Assembly: GCA_002269645.1 (NCBI GenBank)
Contig: NIVC01000618.1
Coordinates: forward strand, 186,001 to 250,000
Reading direction: 5' to 3'
DNA: 64,000 nt
DNA from: Macrostomum lignano
Lineage: Eukaryota
In this document: positions 11,023-28,623 of the stretch, piece by piece
Layout: each line of letters starts with the position of its first letter
How positions within the stretch are numbered: the first letter of the stretch is position 1
Made by a program: the position numbers and the translations under genes
Notes under the pieces: generated by a model
Database searches by the model: none
What the model was told of the DNA's origin: nothing
The model's input: the letters and a program-made list of their open reading frames with translations, nothing else

Positions 11023-13934
11023 AACCTCCTATACATGTAAATTTTAGCCATAGAGTTGATAGATTGATGTGTCATAATTCTGTGAGAAAAAAAAAGAAAA
11101 TAAAACTATAAGTTTCGAGAATACAATTCACGTGTGCATGATTAATTAACAAGATTTCAATGTTTCTAAATATGGCCAGCTCTTACATTTAAGCTTGTAA
11201 GAATCTTTGACAATCTTGAAAAAATCTTGCAAGATCTGGTAGGATCTTGAAAGATAATCAAAATCTAAGATCCAACAATCTTGGAAGAATTCTAAAATTC
11301 AATGATCGTTATTCCTTATTTGGGTTGCATGCAGATTTGCCATGATCAACATTTTATAAGATGATAAAGCAAAAAGTAAAGAACCTCAATCAATAGTTTT
11401 TTTACAATGATGTAAATTTCATGCGCTCAATACGTACTTCTACGAGTATGATTTCTAATGTTATATGTACCTAGTAGCTTTTTGTAACTCATAAAAACAA
11501 CAACAAAACAAAATACGCGTAAAGTCACAGTTAGAGAGCAGGGCTTATGAACTCAGTCTATCGATCCTACGGCTTTTGATAATAGTAATTTCTGTCATCT
11601 GTGGTATTTCAGTTTTAATAGTGGCTAAATACTGACACATGTACACCGCTTGTCAGAAAATCACGGAAAGACGCTGCTCAAGGACTGATAAGTATGATCA
11701 ACACTGCATGTTAAATTCGTGCGTGCATTCATCGATGAAAATTAGCTCTTTAGAGTTGCCCTTGCTTTCTAACTGATGATTGCATGGGGTCACTGTGAGG
11801 ACAGGAACGAAGCTGGGGTGTCGCAGCGGTGATAGTGCTTTTGATGGCAGGATTACGAGGTTTAAAAATATATATTAGATTGATAAAAACTTGAGGACCA
11901 TTGGAGTGGTCATCCTTTTACTATTATGCCAATTACATGCTTTCGAATCATTCATTAGTTATACTATGTTGAGTGATTCAAATCTTAAAATGAATGAACG
12001 CAGTGACCCGACTCTCGCTATAAAATTGCTCAGCTAAAGTTTTTTCATCATGCCCACGCACCTCGCCCTGTACTCTGTCATAAATAACTAACCATGACTA
12101 TCACTGTTGTATAAGTTTGATTATAGGTTTTTATGATTATAAATGAAGCTTGAAGTACGCCTTAGGCCCTTTGTTTAGGACTAGGTGCCAAACGCTATCT
12201 TATTTGTAGGCGGCCTATCTAGGACTAAAGGCCTAGTCGCACTCATGCGATTGTATTTTAAATGCCAAATGTGCTATATGTATGATTATGATTATGACCT
12301 GGGTTTATTTCGCCAGAGACAAGGTGCGAAATCGCGCCTTGTACCAAATTTCAGGGTGCGATTTTATAAGGCTCATAGTGCAATTTCTTTTAGGCATACT
12401 TAAAAACTAGGATTATTGACACATCTACATATCTAGCTGTCCTGTAGTTAATTCGCATGTTAAATTAAAATTAGGGCCTATTTTTGTTGAAAATAATAAC
12501 TGTTAAGTAACTTTGTGATTAGTAGGCCTTAGCGACATAATAAAGGGGTAACAGGGAATCAACTATCTAGTTTTGTTATGCCTAGACCTAGTCTATACTA
12601 TAGTTGATAGGGCCTAATAATTTGACACCCAGCACAGTGTAGAGGAAGTTCCCTAAGGCCTTGTTTGGGAAGAGACACGGCAGAGATACTCCCATAATAA
12701 GTATGAATCAATTTATCAAATAGTCTATGCCATGGCATTGGATGATATTATCTATTATCTATTGATATTCATCTATTGGATAAGCCCTATCTATTGGAAT
12801 ATATAAATACTTAAACAAAACAAAATTTTATAGCCTGCTACAAAATGAACAAACAAGGTTTTCTTATTGTCGTTAGGCTCAGAGTCCAAATTTATAGTGA
12901 CAGGTGATTGCTTGCTCATTGTTAAACATTGCTTCTCTTCTCATTTCCTAAAGAAATAAAGTAGGGCCTAGGCCCCCCCTATAATGGCTATATATATATA
13001 TATGTGCAGGGCCCCTCCCAATTCTTTTATTGTAAAATTTATAATCGTATAACTCATTTTAAATGCGTGCCAAATCTAGGAAAACACATTTGTTATAATA
13101 CATGTATTTTTATAATATTTTATGCAAACTAATTTTTGTGGAAAGTGGAGAAGCAAGAGCAAAAGAGAGAGAGAGAGCATGGTTAAACACTAAAATTTTG
13201 CATACATTAAATATTGAGCCAAATTGTATAGGCATCAATTGGGATGAGCAAAGGCCAACATTGGGGCCATAACTGGAATTCAACAGTGGTACATTGATTG
13301 GCACAACAAAATAATAGACAAAAATTAGACACAAGTAAATGAGAGCACGGGGGTGGGGCCACAAAGGGGGACCCCAGACGGGAAAGAACAGACCACACAA
13401 GGGCGCAACAGTGGGACCAACCAAAGGGGCAAACCCGGGAACAGGAGATGGCGGGACTACGTCATATCGCACCTCATGGTGGACAAAATGGGCCAAACCC
13501 GGGGACAAACACAAAAAAAACACCGTGGTAGCCTCACCTAACACATGCACAGGGCAGTCACAAGAAAAATAAAGAGAGCCTAACCAGGCATACAGCGGCG
13601 CTGGCCAGGCTTACAATGAATTAAAGACAAATTAATAATAACAATAATAATACGACCAATATTAAAGGACTGCCAGGCAAAATAAACTTATTAAATATTT
13701 ACACAAAAACAAATGGCAGCACAGGGAAATCACAAAATAAATAAGCTAATAACTAAAATGGTTAAACGTAAACAGGCTCCTATGCACAAAGATTACGAAA
13801 ATTAGAGGTTTCCTGCACAGTTGTACTTATAAACTATTAGAACATTAGTAAAACTTAATGTTGCCTATTAGGCTCGCTTAATAATGAAAAAAAATAAGTT
13901 AAGTTGCCTGCGTAGGCTCACTTAAAATTCAGTT

Positions 13935-14542
13935 GCGTCCTTGGGCACAGCCTCCTCGAAGAGCTGGTCGGCCTCGCTAAGCTCCGGCTGCCAGATCACG
14001 CGCAGGCAGGACGTTCTCATTTGCCCTTGGAGCTCGGGCGCCAGGCCAGCCTAACAGCTCAATGAGAGAACAATCAGCGCTCACGCGCAGACGCTTGGGG
14101 CGCTTTTCCAGTGCCATATCCCAAAAGGTGCGGAGGCGCGGTGTCCACACATTCGCTAGGTGACCCGCCTCCCAGAATGCCAGCGCGAGCAGAATGGCTA
14201 GGGCGGGCCAGGAGCGTCCTCCTCGCTGGACAGAGACCTCCGCTCGCTGCAGGAATCGGTCGAGGATGTCCTGGGAAGCGCTGGGCCCAAGTCTGTGGCA
14301 GTGTGCCTGCCACGGCCCGTCGATCTGCATTCAACTGCAGCAGATGGCCTGATGATAAGCTTCTTTGAGTGCTTCTTGCAGGTGGGCGCAGGCGCGGGCC
14401 ATGCTGGCCTCGGCTTTGGTGCCGGCAGTGACAGCAGCCGCCTTGGGTCCGGTCCGGGAACGGCTCTAGGATAGTCGGCACCGGCCGGAGGCAAATCGAC
14501 CATGGGCACATCTTCAATGGCGTTAATCGATAATTTGGCCAT
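13935..14542 (-). pseudogene. GC-rich accessory ORF remnant of unknown function downstream of Gypsy integrase
   Basis: Starts MAKLSINAIEDVPMVDLPP at ATG 14542. After a frame change it continues AEASMARACAHLQEALKEAYHQ...MQIDGPWQAHCHRL...RTFWDMALEKRPKRL. It is a GC-rich island in AT-rich flanks, on the same strand as pol. Confidence 0.45.
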
Positions 14543-15546
14543 GTCGTAGCGTCTCAGTTGACGATTGAGAAAATCAAATCGCAAGAATAACAGTTGCTTG
14601 GAGAAAATGCAGTTTGCACAGAGGCTGATGAATAAAATTCGCAAAGCTGAGCCAAGCGCGGGGCCATCACTTAAATACAAAGTTTTGGGCCATTCAATGG
14701 TCAAAATGGGCCAAAAACAGAAAAATAGTCTCCCCGCATGTACTCTAACTGAGGGCACGCTTGGAAATGGGTGGAGAGTGAAATCCAAGGAGCAATAAAA
14801 TGATAACCGCATGGCAAGGGGTTTAGAATCACCCTGCCCAGGCCGGGCTGAATTGACCAAAATGGGGGGGGTGTCCTAATGGCTCACATTAAACGGGTTA
14901 GCAAAGAAAGGGGCCTTCAGTATAAACACAGGTTTAAAAAATAATAGTAAGAGGCAGTTTGGCAGGCTCCTCCTTACTAAAGGTTCAGTAACAGAATAGA
15001 TAGGTTAGCAAAGAAATGCTTAGCATAGATTCTCCACAAGGAGTTACAAAAGGTAAGCAGAGGCTCTGGGAACTGGGTTGGGATTCGCGGCCCCTACAAA
15101 TTTTCCCAGGCTCAACTGCACAGAACAAAGATTCGAGGCAAAGATTCACCTCAAATGCCCCTGGACTTGAAAACAAGGCCTAGACAACTATGGCTTGACC
15201 TCAACCAGCTGGACAAGAGTAAAACAGACAAAATTACCAAATTGAGAGAAAATTTACCTTCAGCTCAGTAATTCAGGAGCTAAAAGGTTTACAAATTAAA
15301 TTGTTAAACAATGAAAGAAGGGCTTTCAGCACATTTAGGCAAGTGCTTTCGAGCATACACATTATAGGGAACTTTTGCAATGCAGAAACATTCAAGTAGA
15401 ACATATCGCATGTTAATGAGTATGGTCGCAGATAGTGCAGGCTTTTACCAAAAAGCCTAAGGATAAATATGCGCGCAGAGGTGCGAGCTTACAGTATCGC
15501 ATTGGATAAATACTGGCTCAACTATACATGAGCATCAGATATACAC

Positions 15547-15733
15547 TTGCTTTTATCCCTCAAGCATAAGGAAAAATTGAAAAATTAGAAAATTAATGTT
15601 GCTTTTATCCCTCAAGCATAAGGAAAGTACATTAATAGTTGCTTTGCCCTCAAGCATAAGGAAAATTAAAAAATTAGAAAATGAATATTGCTTTTATCCT
15701 TCAAGCATAAGGAAAATTGAAAATTAGAAAATT
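15547..15733. repeat. Four copies of TTGCTTTTATCCCTCAAGCATAAGGAAAA in the retroelement 3' region
   Basis: Copies start at ~15547, 15599, 15639 and 15688. Confidence 0.85.
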
Positions 15734-15887
15734 AACAGACATTAAAAGACTTTCAGCACATGACAGGTGCAGAGAAAGCTTACAGCGGCAATAAAATTTG
15801 GAATGCATTTGCAGGGTTGACTACTGTTAGTAATGCGCAGACAAAATTTAGCAAGATTTGCGCAGTTAAAATTCGCGGTTAATTACC

Positions 15888-17318
15888 TTAGGGCTCAATT
15901 TCCATGCCAATCTCCGGCAAGTCTGGGTCGCCTTCGGCGAGCACCTCCGGGTGGCGCAAGCTCGGTTCAAACAACTGGCTGCCTCGCATGCCAGGCTGTG
16001 TTGCGGGCTGCTGTTCTGGAGTGGGCTGAATGGTGGATTTGGCTTTGCTGTCTTCGCTCGACTTGTAGGGCAGCATTGGCCGCTCGGTCTGGCGCGGCGG
16101 CTCCTGCGGTCGATCTGCCATCATCTGCGGCACCCTGATGATGTTGTTTTGATGCACCAACACTTCTGCTGGGCATCCTCGTCGAGCTGTTGCAGGCCTG
16201 ATCCAGTACGCGACTTCTCCAACCTTCTTGATGACCTTATACATACTCTTGTACAGCCGGTGGAATTTGGGCAGCTCTCCTAGCTCGAGCTTCGGGTTAG
16301 CCAAGCAGACAAGGTTGCCGGGCTGCAATTCCACTGGCTTCAGTTGATTCTCGTAGTATTCCTCTTGGCGCTGGATCTCGGCTCGCAGGCGTTGTCGTAC
16401 AATTCTCTCTGTCTTGGCCAGTCTGCGCTGGTGCTTCGCGATGTACTCTGGGAGATCAGCCAATACTTCCAGGTGGTCTAGGGTATTATCAATCGGGTAT
16501 CGATAGGGCACTCTGTAGATAATGTAATGCGGCAAGAACCCGGTTGTATGGTTGACTGCTGATCGCAGTGCGGTCAAAGCGGCTGGCAGCATCTTGTCCC
16601 ATTGCTGATGGTCCTCTAGAAGACAAGTGAGCACTTTCTTGATATTTTTGTTGCACGACTTGGTTTGTCCGTTAGCCCAGGGCGAATATGGCGGCGTCGT
16701 AGACTGTCGAATGCCATATACTTCGCAGAAATGCCGGAACTCATGCCCTGTGAACTGTTTTCCTTGATCGGAGTGAATCTATGCCGGAATTCCAGTGATC
16801 GGAAACACTTGTTCCTGCAGGAGAGTTATAATCGTCTTGGCCCGCTGATTCTTCATGGCGAAGGTGAAGGGGTATTTCGACGTAGTGTCAATGTAGGTCA
16901 GGATGTACTTGTTGCCTCGGTCTGTCGGGTCTCCAGTGGGGCACAGGATGTCGATTGCGCATCGCCCATAGATTTTGCAGACTGGTAACGATTGTACATG
17001 TGCTGGAGTTCGTCGCCATCCTTTGCTCTGAGTGCAGGTCTGGCAGGAAGCGACATAGTCGGACACTGCCTTGGCCAGGGCAAGTCGCCAGAACCTTTCG
17101 CGCACCTTCGCAATGGTGAGGTCTTGGCCCATGTGTCCGCAGTACGGCAAGCCATGCAGGTCGGCGAATACCGTGGCGTCGAGACTCTTTGGCAGAACAA
17201 TCCGCGCTTTCTCCTCCTCGCCAACATCGTCAAGATGAATAACCAATTGTCCATCGTCTCGGACTTCGAGCTGTTCATAGAATGCTAAGAGATTTTGCTC
17301 ATCTTGTGTCAAATTCAA
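15888..17318 (-). pseudogene. Gypsy integrase (HHCC, core, C-terminal region)
   Basis: ORFs 16779-17318 and 15888-16634 plus the in-frame HSDQGKQFTG segment between them. Confidence 0.92.
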
Positions 17319-17969
17319 TTGCTAATTTAATGGCGGCTTTGGTTGTCGACTTTCGATTAAGTTGATCATCATTGCGATGGCAGAGTCAGCCCAAAGGCGA
17401 GTGACTGGACTCGCGATGTGATCAGTTAAGTTTAATGTTTGGTATTTGTTGGTAGAATTTGTCGGCGTGGATTTGGCTATGGTGGCATAGTTCGGGGTCT
17501 GGAGCTCCCTCCGCATGATCGCTACTCTGACTGGTTGCCCGGCTGTTGATGAATTTGAAGGCCGATCTTCGTCGGTAGTTTTGGTGTCACTGTTGTCGGA
17601 TTTGGAGTCGTCAGCAGATGTTGATGAGTCAGCAGAGCTGTCAGCGTTGCTGCTGAATCTCACCTTCTTCTTGAACTTAGGGCAGCAAGCAGGTTGGCAG
17701 TGGTCATCTTGGGCTGCGCTGTGGTCGCTGTCCTCATTGCCTTCAGCTAGTAGATGGCGGCTCCTTGACGGGCAACATGTCCTGCTGCTAAAGCTGGTAG
17801 GCAACCTCTGGGAGTCCTCATAACGACTGGCAGATGGCCTTGGCTTTGTTGCCGGCGGATGCAGCTCTGTCAGCGGCTTGCTATCGGTTGTCGGTGTTGC
17901 GGGTGGCGTAGTCTCGCCATTGGACTCAGTTGATTTTGTCGGCAGCTTTTGTTGGTGACGGCAGGTCGG

Positions 17970-19632
17970 TCACTTCTTGATCGGTGGAGGACTAGGGTGG
18001 CTGCTGTTGTGGACCTTCGGCGCCGCTGCGCCAGTTATCGCGGCTGGCTGCTTACTTTGGTCCTCGACTGCGGCCTCACGCTGGGCTTCCTCCATGCATT
18101 CGGCGTCATCCTGGGGCCATCTTGAGAGGCCGTCGGCATTCTGATGCTGACTTGACTTCCGGTGCTGGATCTCGAACTCAAACTCTCTAAGGCGCTGTAG
18201 CCATCTTCCAAAGATTCCTATTTGTTGAGTTCGCCTTAAGATCCAGGTTAATGTGGCATGGTCGGTTCGGCAGATGAACTTCTTGGCCAGCAGGTAAAAG
18301 CGGAAATGTCGCATTCCGTTTACGACTGCCAAAAGTTCCTGCTTTGTAATTGGATAGCGGGCTTCGACCATTTTTGGTTGCTGGGAGAAATAACCAATTG
18401 GGCGCTCAACCCCGTCAGCTTGGCATTGGCTCAAGCAGGCTCCGATTCTGGTCGCAGAAGCATCCGTGTCCAGGACAAACATTACTTCCGGATTCTCGCT
18501 GAACTGCGAATACGCGAGCACTGATGTCGAAGTCATAGCTGCCTTGAGCTGATTAGACGCGTCTTGCTGGGCTTTTCCCCATAGACAGTTGAAGTTTCGG
18601 ATCTTCTTCTCCTTGATTAGGTCGTGGAGCGGAGCTGCAAGTTCTGCATAGCCAGGTACAAATTTTGCATAGTAAGCGCACGTGCAGACAAAACTCTTCA
18701 GTGCTGAGCCGTTCTTGGTCTTGGCCAGGTCTGAATTGCCTCAATCTTAGCTGGGTCAGTCTTGATGCTGTCCTTTGTCACCACATGTCCCAGGTAGTTT
18801 AAACTTTCCAGAAATAGATGGCATTTCTTGCCTTTGAACTTTAAGTTAGCTTCTTGGACTCGCCTAAATACTTCTTCCATATGCTGCAGGTGGTCGTTGA
18901 ACTTCTTAGAATAAACGATGACGTCATCCAAATATGTGATTGCACTTTTGTAGGCGATCCCATTGAGCACAGCATTCATAAGCCGCAAAAAGCTGGCTGG
19001 TGCTGAACTTAGTCCCATTGGCATGACGTTATAGGCAAATTGTCCGCGGTGCAGGGTAGCGAATCAGTCAGGTCTTGATTCTCTGGAGGCAGAGGGATTT
19101 GGTAGTAGCTGCTATTGAGATTGAACGTGCTAAAAAGCTGGCTCCCTTCGAGGCTGGCGAATGCTTCTTGGATGTTTGGAATCGGGTACAGAAAGTACTC
19201 ATACTTTTGATTCAGACTGCGGAAATCTTGTACAATTCTCAGGCTGCCATCCTTCTTCAGGATGATCACCAGCGGGGTGTTGTAGCTGGAAAAGCTCGGT
19301 CTAATCACGCCTTTTGCAAATAGATCGTCAAGAAGCTGGTCCACCTTGGGCAGCAGATGTGGCAGGATCCTTCGCGTTGGGAGATGCACCGGATTAGTGT
19401 CCTTTAGCACAATACTGTGGGTGACCAGGTGAGTTCGGCCGAGATCGTGTGGCCCCTGGGAGAAGAAGTTCTTGTACTTCTTCAATAGCTTGATGACCTG
19501 AGCGCGCTGGTCACTGGACAGCTCCTCGCTGATGTCAATCTCCTTGATCCACGCGTCGGGATCCTCAACCTGCACTTGCACTTGAATTGCACTTGAAGAA
19601 ATATCACTTGGGCAGTCTGATTGGCCTCGCAA
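17970..19632 (-). pseudogene. Gypsy reverse transcriptase and native RNase H
   Basis: Frameshifted ORFs 19009-19632, 18698-19024 (MPMGLSSAPASF, YLDD), 18553-18744 and 17970-18536. Confidence 0.93.
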
Positions 19633-20290
19633 TCCCGACTAGGGCATTCGCTCGCACTTTGATTGATGTTGTTCCTCGATCAATCATTTCGATAGCGCCT
19701 TCTCCATTGGCCATAGATATTAGGGCAGGCGCGGCGTCCAGGTGCTGCACATCTTCCTTGCACCGAGCCGGTTTCAGCGGCTCGATCACAGCGAGTGTAC
19801 CCTGGTTTTCTTCTCGTCCTTTTGCTAGTTTAATCTTGATTTGGGCTGATGATAACGGCGGCACGATTGTGCTCTCAGCCGTATAAATTCTGCACGTTGT
19901 CGCTTCGACTCGCGTGTAGCAGAGTGGTGCGACAGTGCCGTCCTTGAAGAACAGCATCCCGGCTGCGAGATCTAGAGACTTGCTGTACTTCTCCAAGAAC
20001 TCAAAACCCAGGATGTTGTCATGAGATCCCTTTGCTAGCAGAAACTTGACTGTAGGCTCGAAATTACCAATCTTCACCTTGATAGAAAGCTGGCCTGCCA
20101 TCTGAATAGGTTTGCCATTGTAGGTCACAATGCACTGCAGGCAGGGCTCGATTTGGCCACGCAGGGTCGGGTCATCGGTACATAGTCGGTGCCAGGTGCT
20201 GAATCCGAGGACTTCGCACTTGGACCCGGTGTCAAGCAGAAAAGCAAAATAACGCCCTTGAATCTCACCAGTTAGAAATGAATCCCTTCA
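19604..20290 (-). pseudogene. Gypsy aspartic protease and post-protease region
   Basis: SFLTGEIQGRYFAFLLDTGS...ILGFEFLEKY. Confidence 0.88.
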
Positions 20291-20989
20291 TTTGCAGATG
20301 TCTGTACAGGTGCGGAGGCGGTCTCAGCAGTGGCCTGCTGAGCGACTAAAGACCTCGGCGGGGACTTTAGTGCTGGCTCGGCTGCTGGATGGCGCTGCCC
20401 CCGATGGCGCGTCCAGCCGTCCCATTTCCCGAGCTGCCGTTGTGCTGGGACGGGGTGCTGGCCTACCGTCAGTGCGGGCACTCGTCGGCGCGATGCTCGC
20501 GATTGCACCTGTAACACATGGCACTCTGCCGCTGTAGCTGATAAGGCGGCAGGCGCGAACTCGACTGCGGCTGCCGCTGCTGCTGTTGTTGTTGTTTGCG
20601 GAGATGAGCTCAGAGGGGCCGCCAGTCGATGGCCCTCAGGAGCTGCGCCACTACTTCTCCTCGTGCAAGGTCACCAATGCTAGTGACGCCGATGGTGCGT
20701 CGAGTAAGTTCGAGCTTAGGACAATGGAGAATATGGAACTGCTCAGTCGGTTGATTGCAAAGCCGGCATGGCCCTCCTTCGGCAATGCCTGTTCAGTGAC
20801 GATAGTAGGATGATTCTGGACAATGGCCGGATCTGACTTGGGATATAAGCGTCTGCTGCCGACGAGTGCCCGTTCCTGGGGACACCGGGTGCAGTATACC
20901 TCCAGGTGTCCTGGCAGGTCGGGCTGATACCTAATGTGATGGTAGATACGCTCCTTGGAGGCAGGGAGCGAGATGAGCACCTGATCTTG

Positions 20990-21395
20990 ACAGAGAGTCG
21001 CTGCGACTTTAGCTTCTGTGTCGACGAGTTCATTGCCGTGCACCCCCGAATGTCCGGGCACCCAGAGCAGCGTAAGTTTGGTCCTATGGGCCGCGGTCAC
21101 GAGGAGGGCCTTTGCTAGTTCGAGCCTCGCGTTCAGTGTGAGCCAGTCGGCTTGGATGGCGGTAATGGCACTTTGACTGTCCGTGAGGATGGTGGCGCAG
21201 GCGGGAGCGGAATCAATGATGTCCTGGAGCGTGAGTGATGGCATTAAGCTCGGCCTCGTAGGAATTGCACCATCGGCCTGCTGCCGCGTGCCCTCTGCGG
21301 ATGATAGTGCCGTCTTCTTTGCTGAGGAAGATCCAGGCCGATCCCCTGTTGGTGGTGACTCCTGAGACTGAACCGTCAGTGAAGTAGAGGGCTGC
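20990..21395 (-). pseudogene. Non-LTR/cellular-type RNase H domain embedded in the gag region
   Basis: YFTDGS (D at 21375), SYEAELNAI (E at 21249), ILTDSQSAI (D at 21179) and LLWVPGHSGVHGNELVD (H, and D at 21020). One frameshift near 21230. Confidence 0.9.
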
Positions 21396-21399
21396 GTCG

Positions 21400-22620
21400 G
21401 GACAACGCTGCTGCTGTGGCTGCTGCTGCTGATGCGGCTGCTGTTGTTGTCGACGTTGACCTCCTGCTGGCGGCATCCTTGGCGGCGGATTGCTGCCATC
21501 TCGCAGTTGCTGAAGTCGATGGAACTGGTCATGTTGCAGAATTCGTGTGCCGGGTGTCGTAAATTGGGCGCTTCCGTCAGCGCTGCGGCGAGGAGTCGGA
21601 GGTACCAAACATCTGGAGTGTTGGCCCCACGAGTCCCGCGGCTGGTGGTGAGCTAGTTCCCATGGCTCCGGGGTGTCGTTGTCGCGCAACCCCTGCAAGT
21701 AGAACTCTCGCATCTCGTTACTCAAGTTCGCCAAAATTCGTCGCTGCTCTTGCAGGATCTCGGCTTGTTGTTCCATCACTTCACGCAACCAATTCTCTTT
21801 GGGCCAAGATGACTTGGCGTTGTGTTGCACCCCAGTGGGCGTCTGACTGTCGTCATCCTCGAGAACCCAAATGTGTCTCGCAGCTGGCGGCGGTGCTACT
21901 CGCTGAGCCAGGCTAGCTGCTGTCTCTAGGCGTAGCACAGCCCTTCTCGCGGCGGTCAGACTCGGCGGCTATACCAGGATTAGCTGCTCTCTGGCTGACT
22001 GGGCAATTCACACCCCCACGGTGAACTGGTCCACTAGCTCGGCCTGCTTCTGAACCAGGATGAAGTGCGGGAATGCTCTATCAGCCAGAGCAATTAGTCA
22101 ATCTCCGTAGTCGTCAACGCTCATTCTTGCCTTGCTGGTAGGACCGGAATTGCTTGCGATACTCCAGCGTGTCGGCCACGTGCGTGAAGCGCTCAGACAA
22201 TCGCTGTTTGAACTCGTTGAACGTCAGATTGTCTGGCAGCTCCATCCTGACAACTGCGGGATAGGTTGTGGCGATGTACAAGTTTACTAGGACTTCCGCC
22301 TTTTTTCGTCTGTCATCCACGATCCCGTTGAGCTCGCAACGCTCCTCGAGAGCTTGGATCCAGACGTCAAAGTCCTGGTTTGGGGTGTACCGCTGAATCT
22401 TGACCGGTTTCGGCGCTGGAGCTCGGTCAGGCTGTTGGGGCGGCTGATACATGTGGTGATGGTGTTGCGGCTGTCCCAAGTTGGCCTGCTCCAGACGTTG
22501 TCGCACCTCTTTGGTCACCGCACGGATCATCTCGTCGTACATTGGTCTCGTCGCTGAATTGTCGGGGCCTGCGGCATCGGCTGTCGCGTCCGCGGCTGTT
22601 GAATTAGTAGTTGAAGCCAT
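21400..22620 (-). pseudogene. Gypsy Gag (capsid-like region and Q-rich linker)
   Basis: ATG 22620. QRYTPNQDFDVWIQALEERCELNG...FNEFKQRLSERF...YRKQFRSYQQG, continuing after frameshifts into the 21213-21938 ORF. Confidence 0.8.
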
Positions 22621-22665
22621 AACGTAGATTCTGAATGACTCTTCGAATGGGTTTTGGTGTTTTGT

Positions 22666-22685
22666 ATCCCACTTAGCTGACACCA
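22666..22685 (-). other. Primer-binding site complementary to tRNA-Leu
   Basis: The minus strand reads TGGTGTCAG-CT-AAGTGGGAT, versus the tRNA-Leu 3' complement TGGTGTCAGAAGTGGGAT. It is preceded by the putative LTR end ...CCTCA. Confidence 0.75.
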
Positions 22686-23328
22686 ATGAGGTGGGGGGGA
22701 AAGATTTAATATTTGAAAGTTGGTAAGTTTGAAAAGTTGGGTTTCTTCAAAACCAAACGGCGTTGAGTTCGCACAAATTAAATCCGGAAAATCGCGCAGA
22801 CGAATCACAATGAGTTTTCTCTGTTGTTACTCCGACTGCCGGGTTCCTCAAATCCGGGGGGAGGGTAGTCGTAATCGTAGCAGAGCGGTTGTTAGAGCAG
22901 CACAGTCGTTCAGATGATAGACACTGTAGATTTTGAATTAGACGTTGAATTTGCTGAATTGCTTACTTTTAGTAGGGTAGAGCTGCTTAAATCCTTAAAT
23001 CCTTAAATCCTTAAATCCGTAGATCCTTAAAAGTATTATTCTAGGATGTTCACACAACCCTCCTATAAATGTTAGTAACAAAAATAAAACTTACTTAATA
23101 TTGAGAGAAGCCTGTTATTATTGATTATAATGTCTCTTTTAAAGAAATTATCTAATTAGTAAATGCCTAGATAGGGTAGATTTTATAACTTATGTTTTTA
23201 TTTTTAATTTAAGAGTTGGTTAGTAGGGCATTTAATATTTAAGTTGATTAACCATGCATAACCAGTATAGTATATATAAAACATAAACTATTTCAGCAGG
23301 TAAATTTTACCAAGGTTACTGGAAAAAA

Positions 23329-28335
<5,007 letters not shown>

Positions 28336-28617
28336 GTCCAGGCAACATCTGAGCTAAAATCAATACCGGTATGACAAGGACGAAGCCCAGTCATCGTTTC
28401 GCTGTCAAACTCTGGGGAGAGTCGATAATAACTCCTGCCTTAATTGTATTTTTGGCTACAGTTGAGACTAATTTATGTAATATTCTACTTAGCAGTAGTA
28501 TGGGGAAATGAATTTAAATGATTTCTACGCTAAAGTGAACATAAAAAGCATTATTTCTACTAATAGTAGCATCAAGCAGCACTATTTTTCAATCGAGTCA
28601 ACTCTGTATTTTGTTAT

Positions 28618-28623
28618 AATAAA
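28618..28623 (+). promoter_or_regulatory. Candidate polyadenylation signal for NAP1
   Basis: AATAAA ~280 nt after the stop codon, followed by T-rich sequence. Confidence 0.4.

Larger units (their letters stand above)
15888..22700 (-). mobile_element. Degenerate Ty3/Gypsy LTR retrotransposon (gag-[extra RNase H]-PR-RT-RH-IN)
   Basis: PBS 22666-22685; gag from ATG 22620; protease FLLDTGS (D at 20231-20233); RT (VQDFRSLNQK, YLDDVIVYS); RNase H (VLDTDAS, ELLAVV, TDH); integrase zinc finger (HGLPYCGH...CQTC) and core (IDIL, HSDQG, PYSPWANG). Many stops and frameshifts. The PR-RT-RH-IN order is Gypsy-type. No paired 3' LTR was found, and the element may extend to ~13900. Confidence 0.95.

Noticed and set aside
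12600-13560. Candidate 3' LTR of the Gypsy element
   Set aside because: No sequence match to the region beyond the PBS (22687-23100) and no clear polypurine tract, so LTR limits are left undefined.
22873-22890. Second PBS-like string (TCGTAGCAGAGCGG) on +
   Set aside because: Mismatch in the obligatory TGG and no downstream gag on that strand.
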